A DNA stretch of 64,000 nt from Hypanus sabinus (GCF_030144855.1 NC_082712.1:12834001-12898000); one strand, 5' to 3'. Counted from the first letter of the stretch, positions 49,301 to 62,930 are shown. The notes: generated from the letters alone by a model not told the origin. Made by a program: numbers and translations.

Positions 49301-51250
49301 ATCCCCCTTGAACTTCCCTCCCCTTACCTTAAAGCCATGTCCTCTTGTACTGAGCAGTGGTGCCCTGGGGAAGAGGTGCTGGCTGTCCACTCTATCTATT
49401 CCTCTTAATATCTTGTATACCTCTATCATGTCTCCTCTCATCCTCCTTCTCTCCAAAGAGTAAAGCCCTAGCTCCCTTAATCTCTGATCATAATGCATAC
49501 TCTCTAAACCAGGAAGCATCCTGGTAAATCTCCTCTGTACCCTTTCCAATGCTTCCACATCCTTCCTATAGTGAGACGACCGGAACTGGACAAAGTATTC
49601 CAAGTGTGGCCTAACCGGAGTTTTATAGAGCTGCATCATTACATCACGACTCTGAAACTCCATCCCTCGACTTATGAAAGCTAACACCCCATAAGCTTTC
49701 TTAACTACCCTATCTACCTGTGAAGCAACTTTCAGGGATCTGTGGACATGTACCCACAGATCCCCCTGCTCCTCCACACTACCAAGTATCCTGCCATTTA
49801 CTTTGTACTCTGCCTTGGAGTTTGTCCTTCCAAGGTGTACCACCTCACACTTCTCCGGGTTAAACTCCATCTGCCACTTCTCAGCCCACTTCTGCATCCT
49901 ATCAATGTCTCTCTGTAATCTTTGACAATCCTCTACACTATCTACAACACCACCAACCTTTGTGTCTTCTGAAAACTTGCCAACCCACCCTTCTACCCCT
50001 ACATCCAAGTTGTTAATAAAAATCACGAAAAGTAGAGGTCCCAGAACAGATTCTTGTGGGACACCACTGGTCACATCCTTCCAATCTGAGTGTACTCCCT
50101 CCACCACGACCCTCTGCTTTCTGCAGGCAAGCCAATTCTGAATCCATCTAGCCAAACTTCCCTGGATCCCGTGCCTTCTGATTTTCTGAATAAGCCTACC
50201 GTGTGGAACCTTGTCAAATGGCTTACTAAAATCCATGTAGATCACATCCACTGCACTACCCTCATCTATATGCCTGGTAACCTCCTCAAAGAACTCTATC
50301 AGGCTTGTTACACACAATCTGCCCTTTACAAAGCCATGCTGACTGTCCTTGATCAGCCCATAATTCTCTAAATGCCCATAGATCCTATCTCTAAGAATCT
50401 TTTCCAACAGCTTTCCCACCACAGACGTAAGGCTTATTGGTCTATAATTACCTGGACTATCCCTACTACCTTTTTTGAACAAGGGGACAACATTCACTTC
50501 CCTCCAATCCTCTGGTACCATTCCCATGGGACAACGAGGACATGAAGATCCTAACCAGAGGTTCAGCAATCTCTTCCATCGCCTCATGGAGCAGCCTGGG
50601 GAATATTCCGTCAGGCCCCAGGGACTTATCCGTCCAAATGTATTTTAGCAAATCCAACACCTCCTCTCCCTTAATATCAACATGCTCCAGAACAACAACC
50701 ACACTCATATTGTCCTCACCGTCCGTTACTGTCCGGTCCCCTAATGAATCCCCCATTACCACACTGTGCCTCTTCTCCCCGCCTTCCCTTTGAGGGGGAT
50801 GGCCACAGGGGTACTCTCCTGCACCTTGGGTGTAACTGCCTCTCTGTGTGACCTATCCATCACCCTCTCATCCGCCCGGATGATCCGGAGTTCATCCAGT
50901 TCCAGCTCCGACTCCTTCACGCGGATGGTTAGAAGCTGCAGCTGGATCCACTTCTCACAGTTGTAGTCGTCGGGGACACTGGAGGTCTCCCTGCCTTCCC
51001 ACATCCCACAAGAGGAGAATTCCACTATCCTGCTGGGCATCTCCATTGTCTCAGTTCAGCAGATATAAAGACGAGATGGAGAAACCTGAGCTTTTCTTTC
51101 CTTTGCTTTCTCTGAGTGAAGCCTCTCCTCACGGAAGCTTCAAAGAGCTAAAGCCTCAAGATCACCAGTCCGACTGTCCACTCAGACGATGGCCGCTGTG
51201 ACGATGGCCACTGCTCGTGTCCCTGCCTTCCTTCAATTTGCTCGAACTGA
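46315..51250 (-). mobile_element. Near full-length CR1 (5' UTR, ORF1 with SGNH esterase, ORF2), degraded, with a nested CR1
   Basis: ORF1 N-terminus 50756..51046; GDS...MVHCLPGARV, VGAND, VVISGLLPVP (esterase); endonuclease/RT remnants down to ~46540; a 3' piece to 46315. Confidence 0.85.
49095..50725 (-). mobile_element. Younger 5'-truncated CR1 inserted in the esterase domain of the host CR1 ORF1
   Basis: 480-aa uninterrupted RT ORF (49145..50587) plus a CR1 3' tail, flanked by the two halves of host ORF1. Confidence 0.88.
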
Positions 51251-51624
51251 TCAATCCCAAACGCAAAATGGTCACCGGTCAAAGCTCTGAACCTACAATT
51301 CTACATCGAGTGGAAGAGCAACCTGCCAAAGGAGCTCAGTGGGTCAGCCAGCGTCCATAGAGGAAAAGCCACCCTCAGCATTGCAGGTCAGGAGATTCGG
51401 CAAGTCTTCAGCAAGCACGAGAGGTGAATTGGTCGTCGATTCTTTACTGACACAAGCAGTTTGGGAACTGAAAAACTTTGTTGTCTGAGCAGATCATTTC
51501 ATCACATCATCACACTGGGGCAGTACAGGGGACACAACAGCAGAGTGCAGAATAAAGTGTGACAGTTACTGAGAAAGTTCAGTGCGGGCAGGCGGTGAGG
51601 TGCAGGGCCATAATGAAGTGGGTT

Positions 51625-51910
51625 GCCACGGTAGCACAGCCGTTAGTGTGACACTATGACAGCTCAGGGTGTCGGAGTTCAGAGTTCAATTCCTGCACCG
51701 TCTGTAAGGAGTTTGTACGTTCTCCCTGTGACCGTGTGGGTTTCCTCTGGGTGCTCCGGTTTCCTCCCACAGTCTAAGGATGGACTGGCTCGTCGGTTAA
51801 TTGGTCATTGTAAATCGTCGTGGGTTCAATAGGTGGGTTTCTGGGTGGTGTGGCTCGTTGGGTCGGAAGGGCCTGTTCCGTGCTGTATCTCTAAATGAAT
51901 AAACAAATAA
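51625..51910 (+). mobile_element. V-SINE (HE1-like)
   Basis: gtaaggagtttgtacgttctccctgtgaccgtgtgggtttcctctgggtgctccggtttcctcccaca core. Confidence 0.8.
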
Positions 51911-52159
51911 ATAATGAGGTGGAGAGTCCATCTTATCGTACTGGGGGACAACTCCGTAGTTATAACTGTAGGATAAAAGCTGTCCTTCAGCCTGGTGGTC
52001 CGTGCATCCAGGCTGTTGTATCATCTGCCCAGTGGGAGAGGGCCGAAGGGAGAATGTCCAGGGTGGATGGGAGGGTCTCTGATTTTGCAGTCTGTTTCAC
52101 AGAGACGGTGAGAAGTGCAGACAGAATCCATGGTGGGGGGCTGGCTTCTGTCTTGATGA

Positions 52160-52625
52160 AGGGGTTAACCTGTGAGGAGAGATTCAGTCGCCTGAGACTA
52201 TACTCTCTGGAGTTCAGAAGAATGAGGGGGGATCTTACAGAAAGATACAAAATTTTGAAAGGGATAGATACGATAGAAGCAGGAAAGTTGTTTCCCTTGG
52301 TAGGTGAGACTAGAACTAGGGGGCATTGCCTCAACATTCGGGGAGAAGATTTAGGATGGGGATGAGGAGAAACTGTTTTTCCCAGATAGTGGTGAATCTG
52401 TGGAATTCTCTGCCCAGGGAAGCAGTTGAGGTTTCTTCACTAAATATATTTAAGAAACAGTTAGATAGGTTTTTACATAGTAAGGGAATTAAGGGTTTTG
52501 GGGAAAAGGTAGGTAGATGGAGCTGAGTTTACGGACAGATCAGCCATGATCTTATTGAATGGTGGGACAGGCTCGATGGGCCGGATGGCCGAATCCTGCT
52601 CCTATTTCTTATCTTCTTATGGATC
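52160..52625 (+). mobile_element. CR1 3' fragment
   Basis: LRLYSLEFRRMRGDLTERYKIL, RRNCFSQIVVNLWNSLP. Confidence 0.85.
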
Positions 52626-54277
52626 AATGTGACAGGTTGAGCCCTGTGATCGTGTCCTGTCTGCCTCCTCCCCCTGACATTCTGCAGAATCGCAATCGGG
52701 ATTAGGATAATTTCACCGGCTTGTGTTTTGTGCAGCAGTACATTGCAATCATCATCATCGGTATGTGCTGTGTTGTGTGATGTGGGCAATCACAGTCTCG
52801 TAACCATGATGAACACACAAAATGGTGGAGGAACTCAGCAGGCCAGGCAGCATCTCTGGAGAAGAGTAAACAGCTGACGTTTCAGGCTGACCCCTTCATC
52901 AGGACTCACACCGTGCAGAACAGGCCCTTTCATGAGTTCCGATGCAGAGTCTCAGCACAAAACATCGACTGTTTACTCAATTCTGGTGGGAGGAATGTTT
53001 GAAATTCTGAGACTGATGTGGCTGTTGGGCTGTAGTTTATTTTGCTCTCCTTCAGTTTCTGTTTTCTTTCTTGTTGCTGATTGGTGGGTTGGGGTTCTAG
53101 AGGGACAATGTATTGTTCTTTGTGTGAGGGAGGGGTTAGGGATTGATGTTCCTGTTGCTGATTGGTGGGTTGGGGTTCTAGAGGGACGATGTATTGTTTT
53201 TTGTGTGAAGGAGCGTTTACGGATTGGTGTCTGATGTTCTTGTTGACTGATCTGTGTGGGTGATCTGTGTGGGGAGAGGGTGTTGGGTTTGGTGTTGTCG
53301 GCACTGTATTTTTTGAGAGGGAGGGGTTGGGGGCTTGAGGCTTTCGATCTTCTGTCGATCGTCTTCCAGGTGGGCGATCTGTTGGCTTTTGTGCGAGGGA
53401 GGGAGGTGGGGGGGGGGGTTTGAGGTTTGCGAGATTTTTCTTTTTCCTTTTCGTGTGGGGGTATTGATGTCTTTTCTTGTAACGAATCCCATGGTTTATC
53501 TGGATATCATGGTTATTTGGAGAAGATGAATATCAGAGTTGTATTCTACATGCAAACTTTAACAATAAAATGAACCTTTGATCCTTTCCCCATAGACGCT
53601 GCCCGACCTGCTGAGCTCCTCCAGTATCTTGTGTGTGTTGCTCTGGATTTCCAGCAATGGCAGATATTTTCCTGTTTATGACCATGATTGTTCTTGGCAA
53701 TTTTTCTACAAAAGTGGTTTCCATCACCTTCTTCTGAGCAGTGTCTGTCTGGGATGGGTGAGCCCAGCCATTATCAATACTCTTCAGAGATTGTCTGCCT
53801 GGTGTCAGTGGTCACATAACCAGAATTTGTGATCTGCACCAGCTGCTCATACAACCATCCACCACCTGATCCCATGGATTCACGTGACCCTGATCGGGGG
53901 CGAAGCAGGGGCTACACCTCGCCCAAGGGTAAAGTGAAGACCAGTGGAGGGAAGGAGTGTCTTACACCTCCTTTGGTAAAGACGTATCTTCACCCTGACA
54001 CCCCGTTATACATTGCAATACATATTAATTAAAAAACTGTAAATTTCAATAAGAAATATATACCTACATGTATAATTTTAAATTAAATAAGTAGCACAAA
54101 AAGAGGGAAAAACAGGGAAAAAAGTGAGATGGCCCTCACTTTTCTGATTGTCCATTCAGAAATCAGCAGGAAGGAAGAAGCTCTTCCTGAAACGTTGAGT
54201 GTGCATCTTCTCTGGGAAGATTCCTGATCCTCCGTTAGAACTCCACTCATTCCTCCCAGGCTCAGGCAAGGCCCCAC

Positions 54278-54364
54278 CAGGGGGCCCGTTGAAATCTGGG
54301 GGCCACCCTGTGTGAGGGACCGTCTGAGATGGAGTTATGGTGGGGAAATGGAACTCATCACCAG
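54278..54364 (-). CDS. Candidate P/T/S-rich stalk exon (A)GDEFHFPTITPSQTVPHTGWPPDFNGPP
   Basis: Phase 1-1, 87 bp, donor CTG|gtgggg. The acceptor has a poor pyrimidine tract, so support is weak. Confidence 0.25.
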
Positions 54365-55002
54365 CTGAGGCTGGGAGTGGCCGATATAACATTCATCCCC
54401 GGAGTCTGGACACAGAATACAATGGGTGCTGGAGGTTCTGACCCAACCCTGAACTGCAGAAGATGCCGAGATGGTGCGGGAGAGAGCAGAGGCCTCTGTG
54501 GACGTGCTGGAGTCCGTCGCGGGTTGGGGACAGGCCACTCCCATCGGTGCTGCCTTCCTCTTTTGCTCAGTGCTGCCCCCCAGTGTTCACTTAGTGAGAG
54601 ACAAGCTGGACCAGGACAATATCCAATCTACCATCCAGCTCCAAGCAAGACCACTCAGGAACTTGGGCAATATTATGTCTTTTTGTGACTGTATGCTTTT
54701 CTGCCATCATAACAATGTGTACTGTGTGCTGTTGCTACTCTGCTTTACACCTTGTCCCTGGAGGAACACTGTTTTGTTTTGCTGTACGCACGTGTGGCTG
54801 ATTGACAATTAAACTTGAACTTGAATGTGGTGACGGGTTCTTTTCCGGGTCTGATCTACAGTCAGATCTCACTCGGGGACAGACAGATAAACCCGGGGGT
54901 GGGGTTGATTAGAGGAAGGATAATGGTAGCAGGCTACCCCCCACCCCACCCCCCTCCCAAAACCCTCCCCATGCCCTGCAGAATGTGTCAATGATTTCTT
55001 AC

Positions 55003-55392
55003 CTGGTCTGACCTGCAACCGGATCTCACTCTGGAACACATGTATAAATGGAGGTGTGACGTGCTCTCTGTAGGATGAATAATCATGCTTCATGTTCCTG
55101 AACTCAGCCAGACACAGATAGCTGTGACTGTCCTCCACTCTCAGCTGCTTTATCCTGATCCAGGCGCTTCCCAGCTCTGGGTCCTTGACGAGCTCGTACC
55201 GAGTCACTCCGTTTTCCGCTGCCCACGATCCATTTCCATGGTGCCTGAATGTGATGATGATTCGGTAGGGATCCTTCCTCATCCACGTCACCGTGTGTGC
55301 GGTGAGGCTCTGCTGAGGCCGTGTGAACACACAGGGTAACGTGGCCGAAGCTCCCTCAGTTCCAGTCATCACAGAGACACTCTCATTGGGAG
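55003..55392 (-). CDS. Receptor Ig V-set domain 2 exon (390 bp), Siglec-15-related, lacking the F-strand Arg
   Basis: ATLPCVFT, TVTWMR, DSHSYLCLAEF, RLQV. Acceptor cctgtccttccctcag|, donor CAG|gtaaga, phase 1-1. Confidence 0.9.
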
Positions 55393-55679
55393 CTGAGGGA
55401 AGGACAGGTGCCAGAATAAATCGGTTAACCCTCAGCAAAAACGTTTAACACTGACAAAATTTCCAGCCAACAAAATAATAAAAACTCCCCACAGCACCCT
55501 CCTGAATGAAAACGGCCCCACATGTGTCTCACTCATTAAAAACCATTCAAACTAGGGAAACTCTTTAGAACATAAATCAGTCCCATCGGGCAGGAGATAA
55601 AGAAGCCTAAATCTCACACCACCACGTTCAGGAACAGCTAATTCCCTTCAGACATTCAGTTGTTGAACCAATTGACACC

Positions 55680-56000
55680 ATCACTAATCAGTGGAGTGTA
55701 ACAACACCAATCAGTACAGTCTAACAACAATGACCAGTACAGTGTAACACTGGCCATTACAGGGAAACAGCACAAATCAATACACTGCAGCAACACCAAT
55801 CAGTACAGTGTTACAACACTGATCTGTACAGTGTGATATCACTAATCAGTACAGTGTGACAACACAATCACCACAATGAAACAACACCAGTCAGTATTGT
55901 TTAACAACACTAGTCACTGTACTGAAACAACACTAATCAATACAGAGTAATAATACTGATCAATACAGTATAACAACACCAGTCAGTCCTGTGTAATGGC
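55680..56000. repeat. Degenerate ~22-23-bp tandem repeat (aacaacactaatcagtacagtgt-like)
   Basis: Recurring acaacac...atcagtacagtgt motifs. Confidence 0.65.
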
Positions 56001-56198
56001 ATTAGTCACTAACCTATTAACTTAGCTGAGGGAATATTTTGCATTATGAGCTGTGTGTGATGTGAGACTGTAGATGTTTTCTGGGTGCACCGTGATCCAG
56101 AGGAACACTGTTACATTTTGTTGTGGAGATGTAACTCAGACGACAATGAACATGATCTTCATCTGTACTTCATCTTCATCTTCATCTGTATCTTCATC

Positions 56199-56452
56199 TA
56201 CACTGAACCCACTCCAGTGTGATACTTACCGTACTGAAAGTGTTCAACACCCTGAGCTGGTGTGTTTGAAAGGGAATCCTACAGTGAACCCACTCCAGTG
56301 TAATACTTACTGTACTGAAAGTGTTCAACAGCCTGAGCTGGTGTGTTTGAGAAGGAATTCTACACTGAGCCCTCTCCAGTGTAATACTTACTGTCCTGAA
56401 AGTGTTCTACAACCTGAGCTGGTGTGTTTGAGAAGGAATTCTACAGTGAACC
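56199..56452. repeat. 81-bp tandem repeat, ~3 copies
   Basis: tacttac anchors at 56223, 56304, 56385; 27-aa periodicity in the + ORF. Confidence 0.9.
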
Positions 56453-56524
56453 CTGCTTTCTACAAAGATAGTGCACTGAGCTGTTTACTGTTTACCTGTG
56501 CTGCAAACTACATGCATTCTCAGT

Positions 56525-58450
56525 TATACTTAAAGAGTAGGGGTCCCAGGACAGATCCTTGTGGCACTCCACTAGTCACCGACCTCCAGGCAGAATACTT
56601 TCCTTCCACTACGACCCTCTGCTTTCTTCCTGTAAACCAATTTTTTATCCAAACAGCCAAGGTTCCATTGATTCCATGCCTCATGACTTTCTGGATGAGT
56701 CTCTCAAGGGGGACCTTGACAAATGCTTTGCTAAAATCCATGTAGACCACATCTACTGCCCTACCCTCATCAATTTCTTTTGTTACCTCTTCAAAAAACT
56801 CAGTCAGGCTGGTGAGGCACAACCTTCCCTTCACAAAGCCATGTTGACTATCCTTGAGCAGACTGGACTTCTCCAAATGCTCATAGATCCTATCCTTAAG
56901 AATCCTTTCCAATAGTTTTCAGAGCACCGACGTAAGACTCACCAGTCTCTAGTTCACAGGATTCTCCCTATTAACATTTTTAAACAAGGGGAACTACATT
57001 TGCCATTCTCCAATCCTCCGGCACCTCCCCTGCAGCCAAAGCGGATTCAAAGATCATAGCTACTGTTCCAGTGATTTCTTCTCTCACCTCCCACAGCAAC
57101 CTGGGGTATATCACATCCAGTCCTGGGGACTTATCAATTTTGATGTTTCTAAGAAGATCCAATATTTCTTCCTTAATCTCCACATTGTCCAGTGCACAGA
57201 CCTGCTCTATTTCGATCTCACCCTGATCAAGGTCCTTTTCACTTGTCAATACTGAAGCAAAGTATTCATTTAGGACCTCCCCAACCTCCTGCGCCTCCAA
57301 GCACATATTGCCCTCCTTATCCTTTAGTGGCCCCACCTTTGTTCTATTCATCCTTCTGTTCTTCACATACGTGTAGAACGCCTTGGGGTTCTCCTTAATC
57401 CGACATGCCAAGGCCCTCTCACGCCCCCTTAGAGCTCTCCTAAGTCCTTTCATAAGCACCTTCCTGGCTACCCTATATTTCTCATGAGCCCCTCCTGTTT
57501 CCTGCTTCTTATATCTAACATATGCTTCCTTCTTCCTCTGGACGAGTTGCCTCACGTGTTTTGTCAGCCATGGTTCCCTTTTCCTATCATTTTAAACTTG
57601 TCTCAGTGGGACAAACCTATCCTGAACACAGCACAAGTGGTCCCTAAACTTCTCCCACATTACTTCTGTGTTTTCACCCTTGAACATCTGTTTCCAATTT
57701 ACTCTCACTAGTTCCTGCCTCATCCCTTCATTGTTAGCCCTTCCCCAGTTAAGCACTTTCCCATTTTGTCAGTTTTTATCCTTTTCCATAGCTATGCTAA
57801 AGCTAAGGGAGTTGTGGTCAATCTCACCAAATTCTCCCCCACCAAGAGGTCTGTCACCTGACCAGGTTCATTACCCAGAACTAGCTCCAGTATGGCCTCT
57901 CCTCTCGTCGGCCAGTATACATATTGTGTCAGGAATCCTTCTTGAACACACCTGACAAATTCAGCCCCATCTATCCCCCTTGCAGTTGGGAGATGCCAGT
58001 CAATGTGTGGGAAGTTGAAATCACCCATAACTACAACCCTGTATTTCCTGCACCATTCTAAAATCTGCCTGCTTATCTGCTCCTCGGTGTCCCGAGGGCT
58101 ATTTGGGGGCCTATAGACTACTCCCAGCACAGCGATTGATCCCTTCCTATTTCTGACTTCCACCCAGACCAACTCAGTGGACATTCCCTCTGCAGCGTCC
58201 TCCCTTTCTATAGCCGTGATACTATCCCTGACCAGTAATGCTACTCTTCTCCCCCTTTCTACCTCCCATTCTGTTCCTTTTAAAACAGCTAAACCCTGGT
58301 ACCTGCATTAGCCAATCCTGTCCTTCCTCCAGCCAAGTTTCAGTAACGGCCACAACATCGTAGTTCCATGTACTGATCCATGCTCGAAGTTCATCCCCTT
58401 TATTCCTAATACTCCTAGCATTGAAATAGACACATTTCAACTCCTCGAAC
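56525..58450 (-). mobile_element. CR1 ORF2 fragment from endonuclease start to RT
   Basis: KCVYFNARSIRNK, VAVTETWL, VMGDFNFP, YMDFSKAF, SGVPQGSVLGP. Confidence 0.9.
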
Positions 58451-58479
58451 TATTATTCTTAAACTGTGGCCTCTAGTTC

Positions 58480-58890
58480 TGGACTCACCCATCAGCCAGA
58501 ACATGCTTCCTGCCTCCAGCATGTCCAATCCCTTAATAATCTTATATGTCTCAATCAGATCCCCTCTCATCCTTCTAAATTCCAGTGTATACAAGCCCAG
58601 TCACTCCAATCTTTCAACATATAACAGTCCCGTCATTCCGGGAATTAACCTTGTGAACCTACGCTGCACTCCCTCAATAGCAAGAATGTCCTTCTTCAAA
58701 TTTGGAGACCAAAACTGCATACAGTACTCCAGGTGGGGTCTCACCAGGGCCCTGTACAACTGCAGAAGGACCTCTTTACTCCTATACTCAATTCCTCTTG
58801 TTATAAAAGCCAGCATGTCATTAGCTTTCTTCACTGCCTGCTGTACCTGCATGCTTACTTTCATTGACTGATGTACAAGACACCTTGACG
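58480..58890 (-). mobile_element. CR1 3' fragment
   Basis: RGIEYRSKEVLLQLYRALVRPHLEYCMQFWSP. Confidence 0.85.
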
Positions 58891-59069
58891 TTCTGTATCT
58901 GTGTACAGTCAGATGGCAATAAACTTGACCTTGATTGCTGCTTTTCTGATGCAACGCTCTGTGCCTGTGTTGCTGCGGCAACTGGATTTTCACTGCACCT
59001 GTGCAGACACGTAGGCAGACGTGCAATGAAAATCGTCCCTGCAGCAGCAATTAAGTTCAGTTCCACTCA

Positions 59070-59585
59070 CCTCATTACAGGAAGGATGAGGAAGCTTTCG
59101 AGAGGATGTAGAGGAGATCTACCAGGATGCTGCCTGGACCAGAGAGGATGTTTAATGAGGAAAGGTTGAGCGAGCTGGAGACTTTCTCTTGGGAGTGAAG
59201 AAAGATGAGAGGTGACTTGATAGAGGTGAACAAGATGATAAGAGGCATAATCGAGCAGACAGCCAGAGACTTTTCCTGGAAAGTATTGGGGGGATGTCAG
59301 AGGTCAGAGGCAGGTTCATTACATACAGAGTGGAGGGTGTGTAGAACAGATGGAGTTCAACCCAGATAAGTGTGAAGTGATTCATTCTGGTAGGTCAAAT
59401 TTGAATACAGAATATATGAATGGTAAGACTGGTGGCAGTGTGGAGGATGAGCTGGATCTTGGGGAGTCTGTCCATAGGACACTCAAAGCTGCTGCACAGG
59501 TTGACAGTGGTGTTAAGAAGGTGTCTGGTGTACTGGCATTCATCAGCTGTGGGATTGAGTTCAAGAGCCCTGAGGTAATCTCTCT
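59070..59585 (+). mobile_element. Degraded CR1 fragments
   Basis: MEFNPDKCEVIH and degenerate RGDLIE segments. Confidence 0.7.
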
Positions 59586-62500
59586 TTTTCAACAAACTAT
59601 ACCGAAGAGATTGACAGAGGAATACTTTGGGACTCTTTTAAGGCTTTTATTCATGGACAAATTATCTCATATTCTGCTGGGAAAAGAAAACAAAGATATT
59701 TAGATATAGCTTTATTGGTGGATAAAATTAAAGAAATTGATAAGATTTATTCCGTTACTCCTACCAAGGAACTTTATAAGAAGAGAGTTGAGCTGCAAAT
59801 GGAACATAGCTTACTGTTATCTTCTTCAATTGAGAATCAATTAATTAAGACCAGGGCTCAATTTTATATTCATAGTGATCGAACTGGTAAATTGTTAGCT
59901 AATCAATTAAAAGCTATTTCGACTAAGCGACAAATTATTAAAATTTGTAAACAAGACGGTAATCTGACTACTGATCATAAAGAAATTAGTAATACTTTCC
60001 AAGATTTTTATAAATCTTTATATCAATCAGAATTTGATGGTGATATGTCTATGATGGATAATTTTTTTAACAATTTGAATATTCCCAAACTGACAGATGA
60101 AGATCGAAGTTTATTTGATGCTCCTATTTCTATGGCGGAGGTAGGAGAGGCTATTTCATCGATGAATTCAGGGAAAGCTCCTGGCCCCGATGGTTATATT
60201 ATAGAATTTTTTAAAACTTTTTCTTCTTTGCTTTCCCCTTGGTTATGTGAAATCTTTAATGATGCATTTATTAAGAAGAGACTACCCCAGTCTTTTTATG
60301 AAGCTACTATTTCTTTAATTCTTAAAAAAGATAAAGATCCTACTTTATGTGCATCTTATCGCCCTATATCGTTACTAAATGTAGACTCTAAGATTCTTAC
60401 AAAAATTTTAGCTGTTAGGTTAGAAAAGGTACTATCACAGATTATTTCAGGAGATCAAACTGGTTTCATTAGGAACCGATACTCCTTTTTTAATGTTAGA
60501 AAATTGATCAATATAATTTACACTTCCTCACCCACAACCCCAGAATGTGTTATTTCATTAGATGCTGAAAAAGCTTTTGATAGAGTTGAATGGATATACT
60601 TATTTAATGCCTTGAAACATTTTAACTTTAGTTCTAATTTTATATCATGGATTAAATTAATATATTATAAACCTGTTGCTTCTGTCCTTACGAATAATTA
60701 TAGATCCTCTTTTTTTCAATTATCTCGTGGTACGAGACAAGGTTGTCCCTTAAGTCCTTTATTATTTAATATTGCATTAGAACCTTTAGCCATTGCTATT
60801 CGTGAATCCCCTAATATTTTTGGTATTACCCGTAATGAGAAATTATACAAGTTATCGCTCTATGCTGATGACTTGTTGTTATATATTTCTGATCCTGATA
60901 ATTCTATTCCCGCTATTCTATCCTTGTTGGTTCAATTTGGTAGTTTTTCTGGTTACAAATTAAATTTGGATAAGAGTGAACTCTTCCCTTTAAATGCACA
61001 AACTTTACTGAATGACAGGATACCATTTAAAATTGTTACTGACAATTTTATTTATTTAGGTATAAAAATTACCAAGAAATATAAAGATTTATTCAGATTG
61101 AATTTTTTACGTATGCTTCATCAAATTCAACAACTTACTACTAGATGGTCTCCTTTATCCTTATCATTGTTTGGTCGGATCAATGCTGTTAAAATGATGA
61201 TTTTACCGAAATTTTTATATTTATTTCAAGCCTTACCAATTTTTATTCCTAAGTCTTTTTTTGTTAGCATTGATTCAAAAATTTCCTCATTTGTGTGGCA
61301 AAATAAAAACCCCAGATTAAGTAAAAGACAGTTACAGAAATCTAAAAAAGATGGTGGTTTAGCTTTACCCAATTTTAGATTTTACTATTGGGCGAATAAT
61401 ATTCGGAATTTATTATACTGGAAATTAGATTTAGATTTACCATTGTGCCCACAGTGGGTAAATTTAGAATGTAATGATACACAAGGATATTCTCTATTTT
61501 CTGTTCTTGGTTCTTCTCTCCCTGTTGATTTAGTTAAACTTAATAAACAGATATCTAACCCTATTGTCAAACATACATACGAATTTGGTTTCAATTTCGT
61601 AAATTTTTTACTCTAAAAATCTTTGTTCTTGATAGCCCTATCTTAATTTTTTCTTTAAACCTTCTTTAATAGATCAAGCTTTTAGCATATGGAAAAGGAA
61701 AGGTATAATATGTTTTTGTGATCTTTTTTCTGAAGGTAGTTTGATGTCTTTTGATCAACTTTCTAACAAATTTAAATTACCTAAATCTAATTTTTTTAGA
61801 TATTTACAAATTAGAAACTTTTTGCATGAAGTTTTACCATCCTTTCCTAATTCAACTTTGATAGATTTTTCAGATATGATTTTTACTTTAAATCCCTGTC
61901 AGAAGAGATTAGTGCCTCTTATTTATAATATGGTTATGAAAATACAACCAGAGGTATCGGGTAGAATTAAACAGGAATGGGAAAAAGAACTTCAATACAA
62001 TATTTCAATGGAAAAATGGGAAAAAAATTTTACAAATGGTTAATTCTTCTTCTATATGTGCTAAACATGCTTTAATACAATTTAAAATTGTACATAGAGC
62101 TCATATGTCTAAAGATAAGCTTGCTCGGTTTTATTCTCATATTAACCCTCAATGTGACAGATGTCATTCAGATGTGGCTTCATTGACCCACATGTTTTGG
62201 TCATGTCCTACTTTACATAACTATTGGAAGGACATATTTGCTACCATTTCCTCAATTTGGAATATTGATTTACAACCTCATTTTATCACTGCAATTTTTG
62301 GTATACCAAATGAAGATGATAGTCGATTCTCCCCTTCAATCAGACGAATGATTGCCTTTGTAACATTAATGGCCAGGAGATCTATATTACAAAATTGGAA
62401 AGAAGTAAATCCTCCTACCACATTTCAGTGGTTCTCTCAAACTATTTCTTGTTTAAGTTTAGAGAAAATTATAAGTACTATTTTTGATTCATCAATTAAA

Positions 62501-62930
62501 TTTGAAGAAACTTGGGGACCATTCATTCGACACTTTCATATGAATTAATTTGGCTTCTTCCGGACCTTTATTCTTATTATTCTTGTTCTGGTATGGAGTT
62601 CCGGAGTTTTCTGACACTATCATATACATATAAACTATTATTATTGCCCATGTTAGTTTAGGTTTATTTTTTTTTCATTATTTTCTTAAATATACATTTT
62701 TTCTTGTATTTTATACTTTTTTTTCTTTTGATGATTATTTTTAATCTTTTTCATGTATAATCAATGTAGATTAGATTGATTATTGTACGATCTTTTTTCG
62801 CTGATAGTTTAATAAGATATTGTTATCTTGTTACTAATTTAATTTCAAATCTATTGTATTCATAACCTATTTAACATAATATTATGTTTTGTTTTTTTTA
62901 TAAAAAATAATAAAAAGATTGAAAAAGAAA
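59586..62930 (+). mobile_element. 5'-truncated L1-clade LINE (L1-B) with 14-bp TSD gaggtaatctctct (59572..59585 / 62931..62944)
   Basis: 633-aa RT ORF (KAPGPDG, LDAEKAFDRVEW, RGTRQGCPLSP, LYADD), C-terminal CDRC...HMFWSC, tail aataaaaagattgaaaaagaaa. Confidence 0.93.

Noticed and set aside
56074-56745. 223-aa plus-strand ORF with Cys-rich 27-aa repeats
   Set aside because: Explained by the 81-bp tandem repeat plus antisense CR1 sequence; no splice or domain support.
59060-59110. Perfect donor GAG|gtgagt on the minus strand as a possible leader exon for V2
   Set aside because: Lies in a degraded CR1 segment (gttcagttc..cacctcattacaggaagg); no signal peptide upstream.
59715-61616. 633-aa RT ORF as an active or domesticated gene
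   Set aside because: 5'-truncated L1 copy lacking the endonuclease, with TSD and downstream frameshifts.
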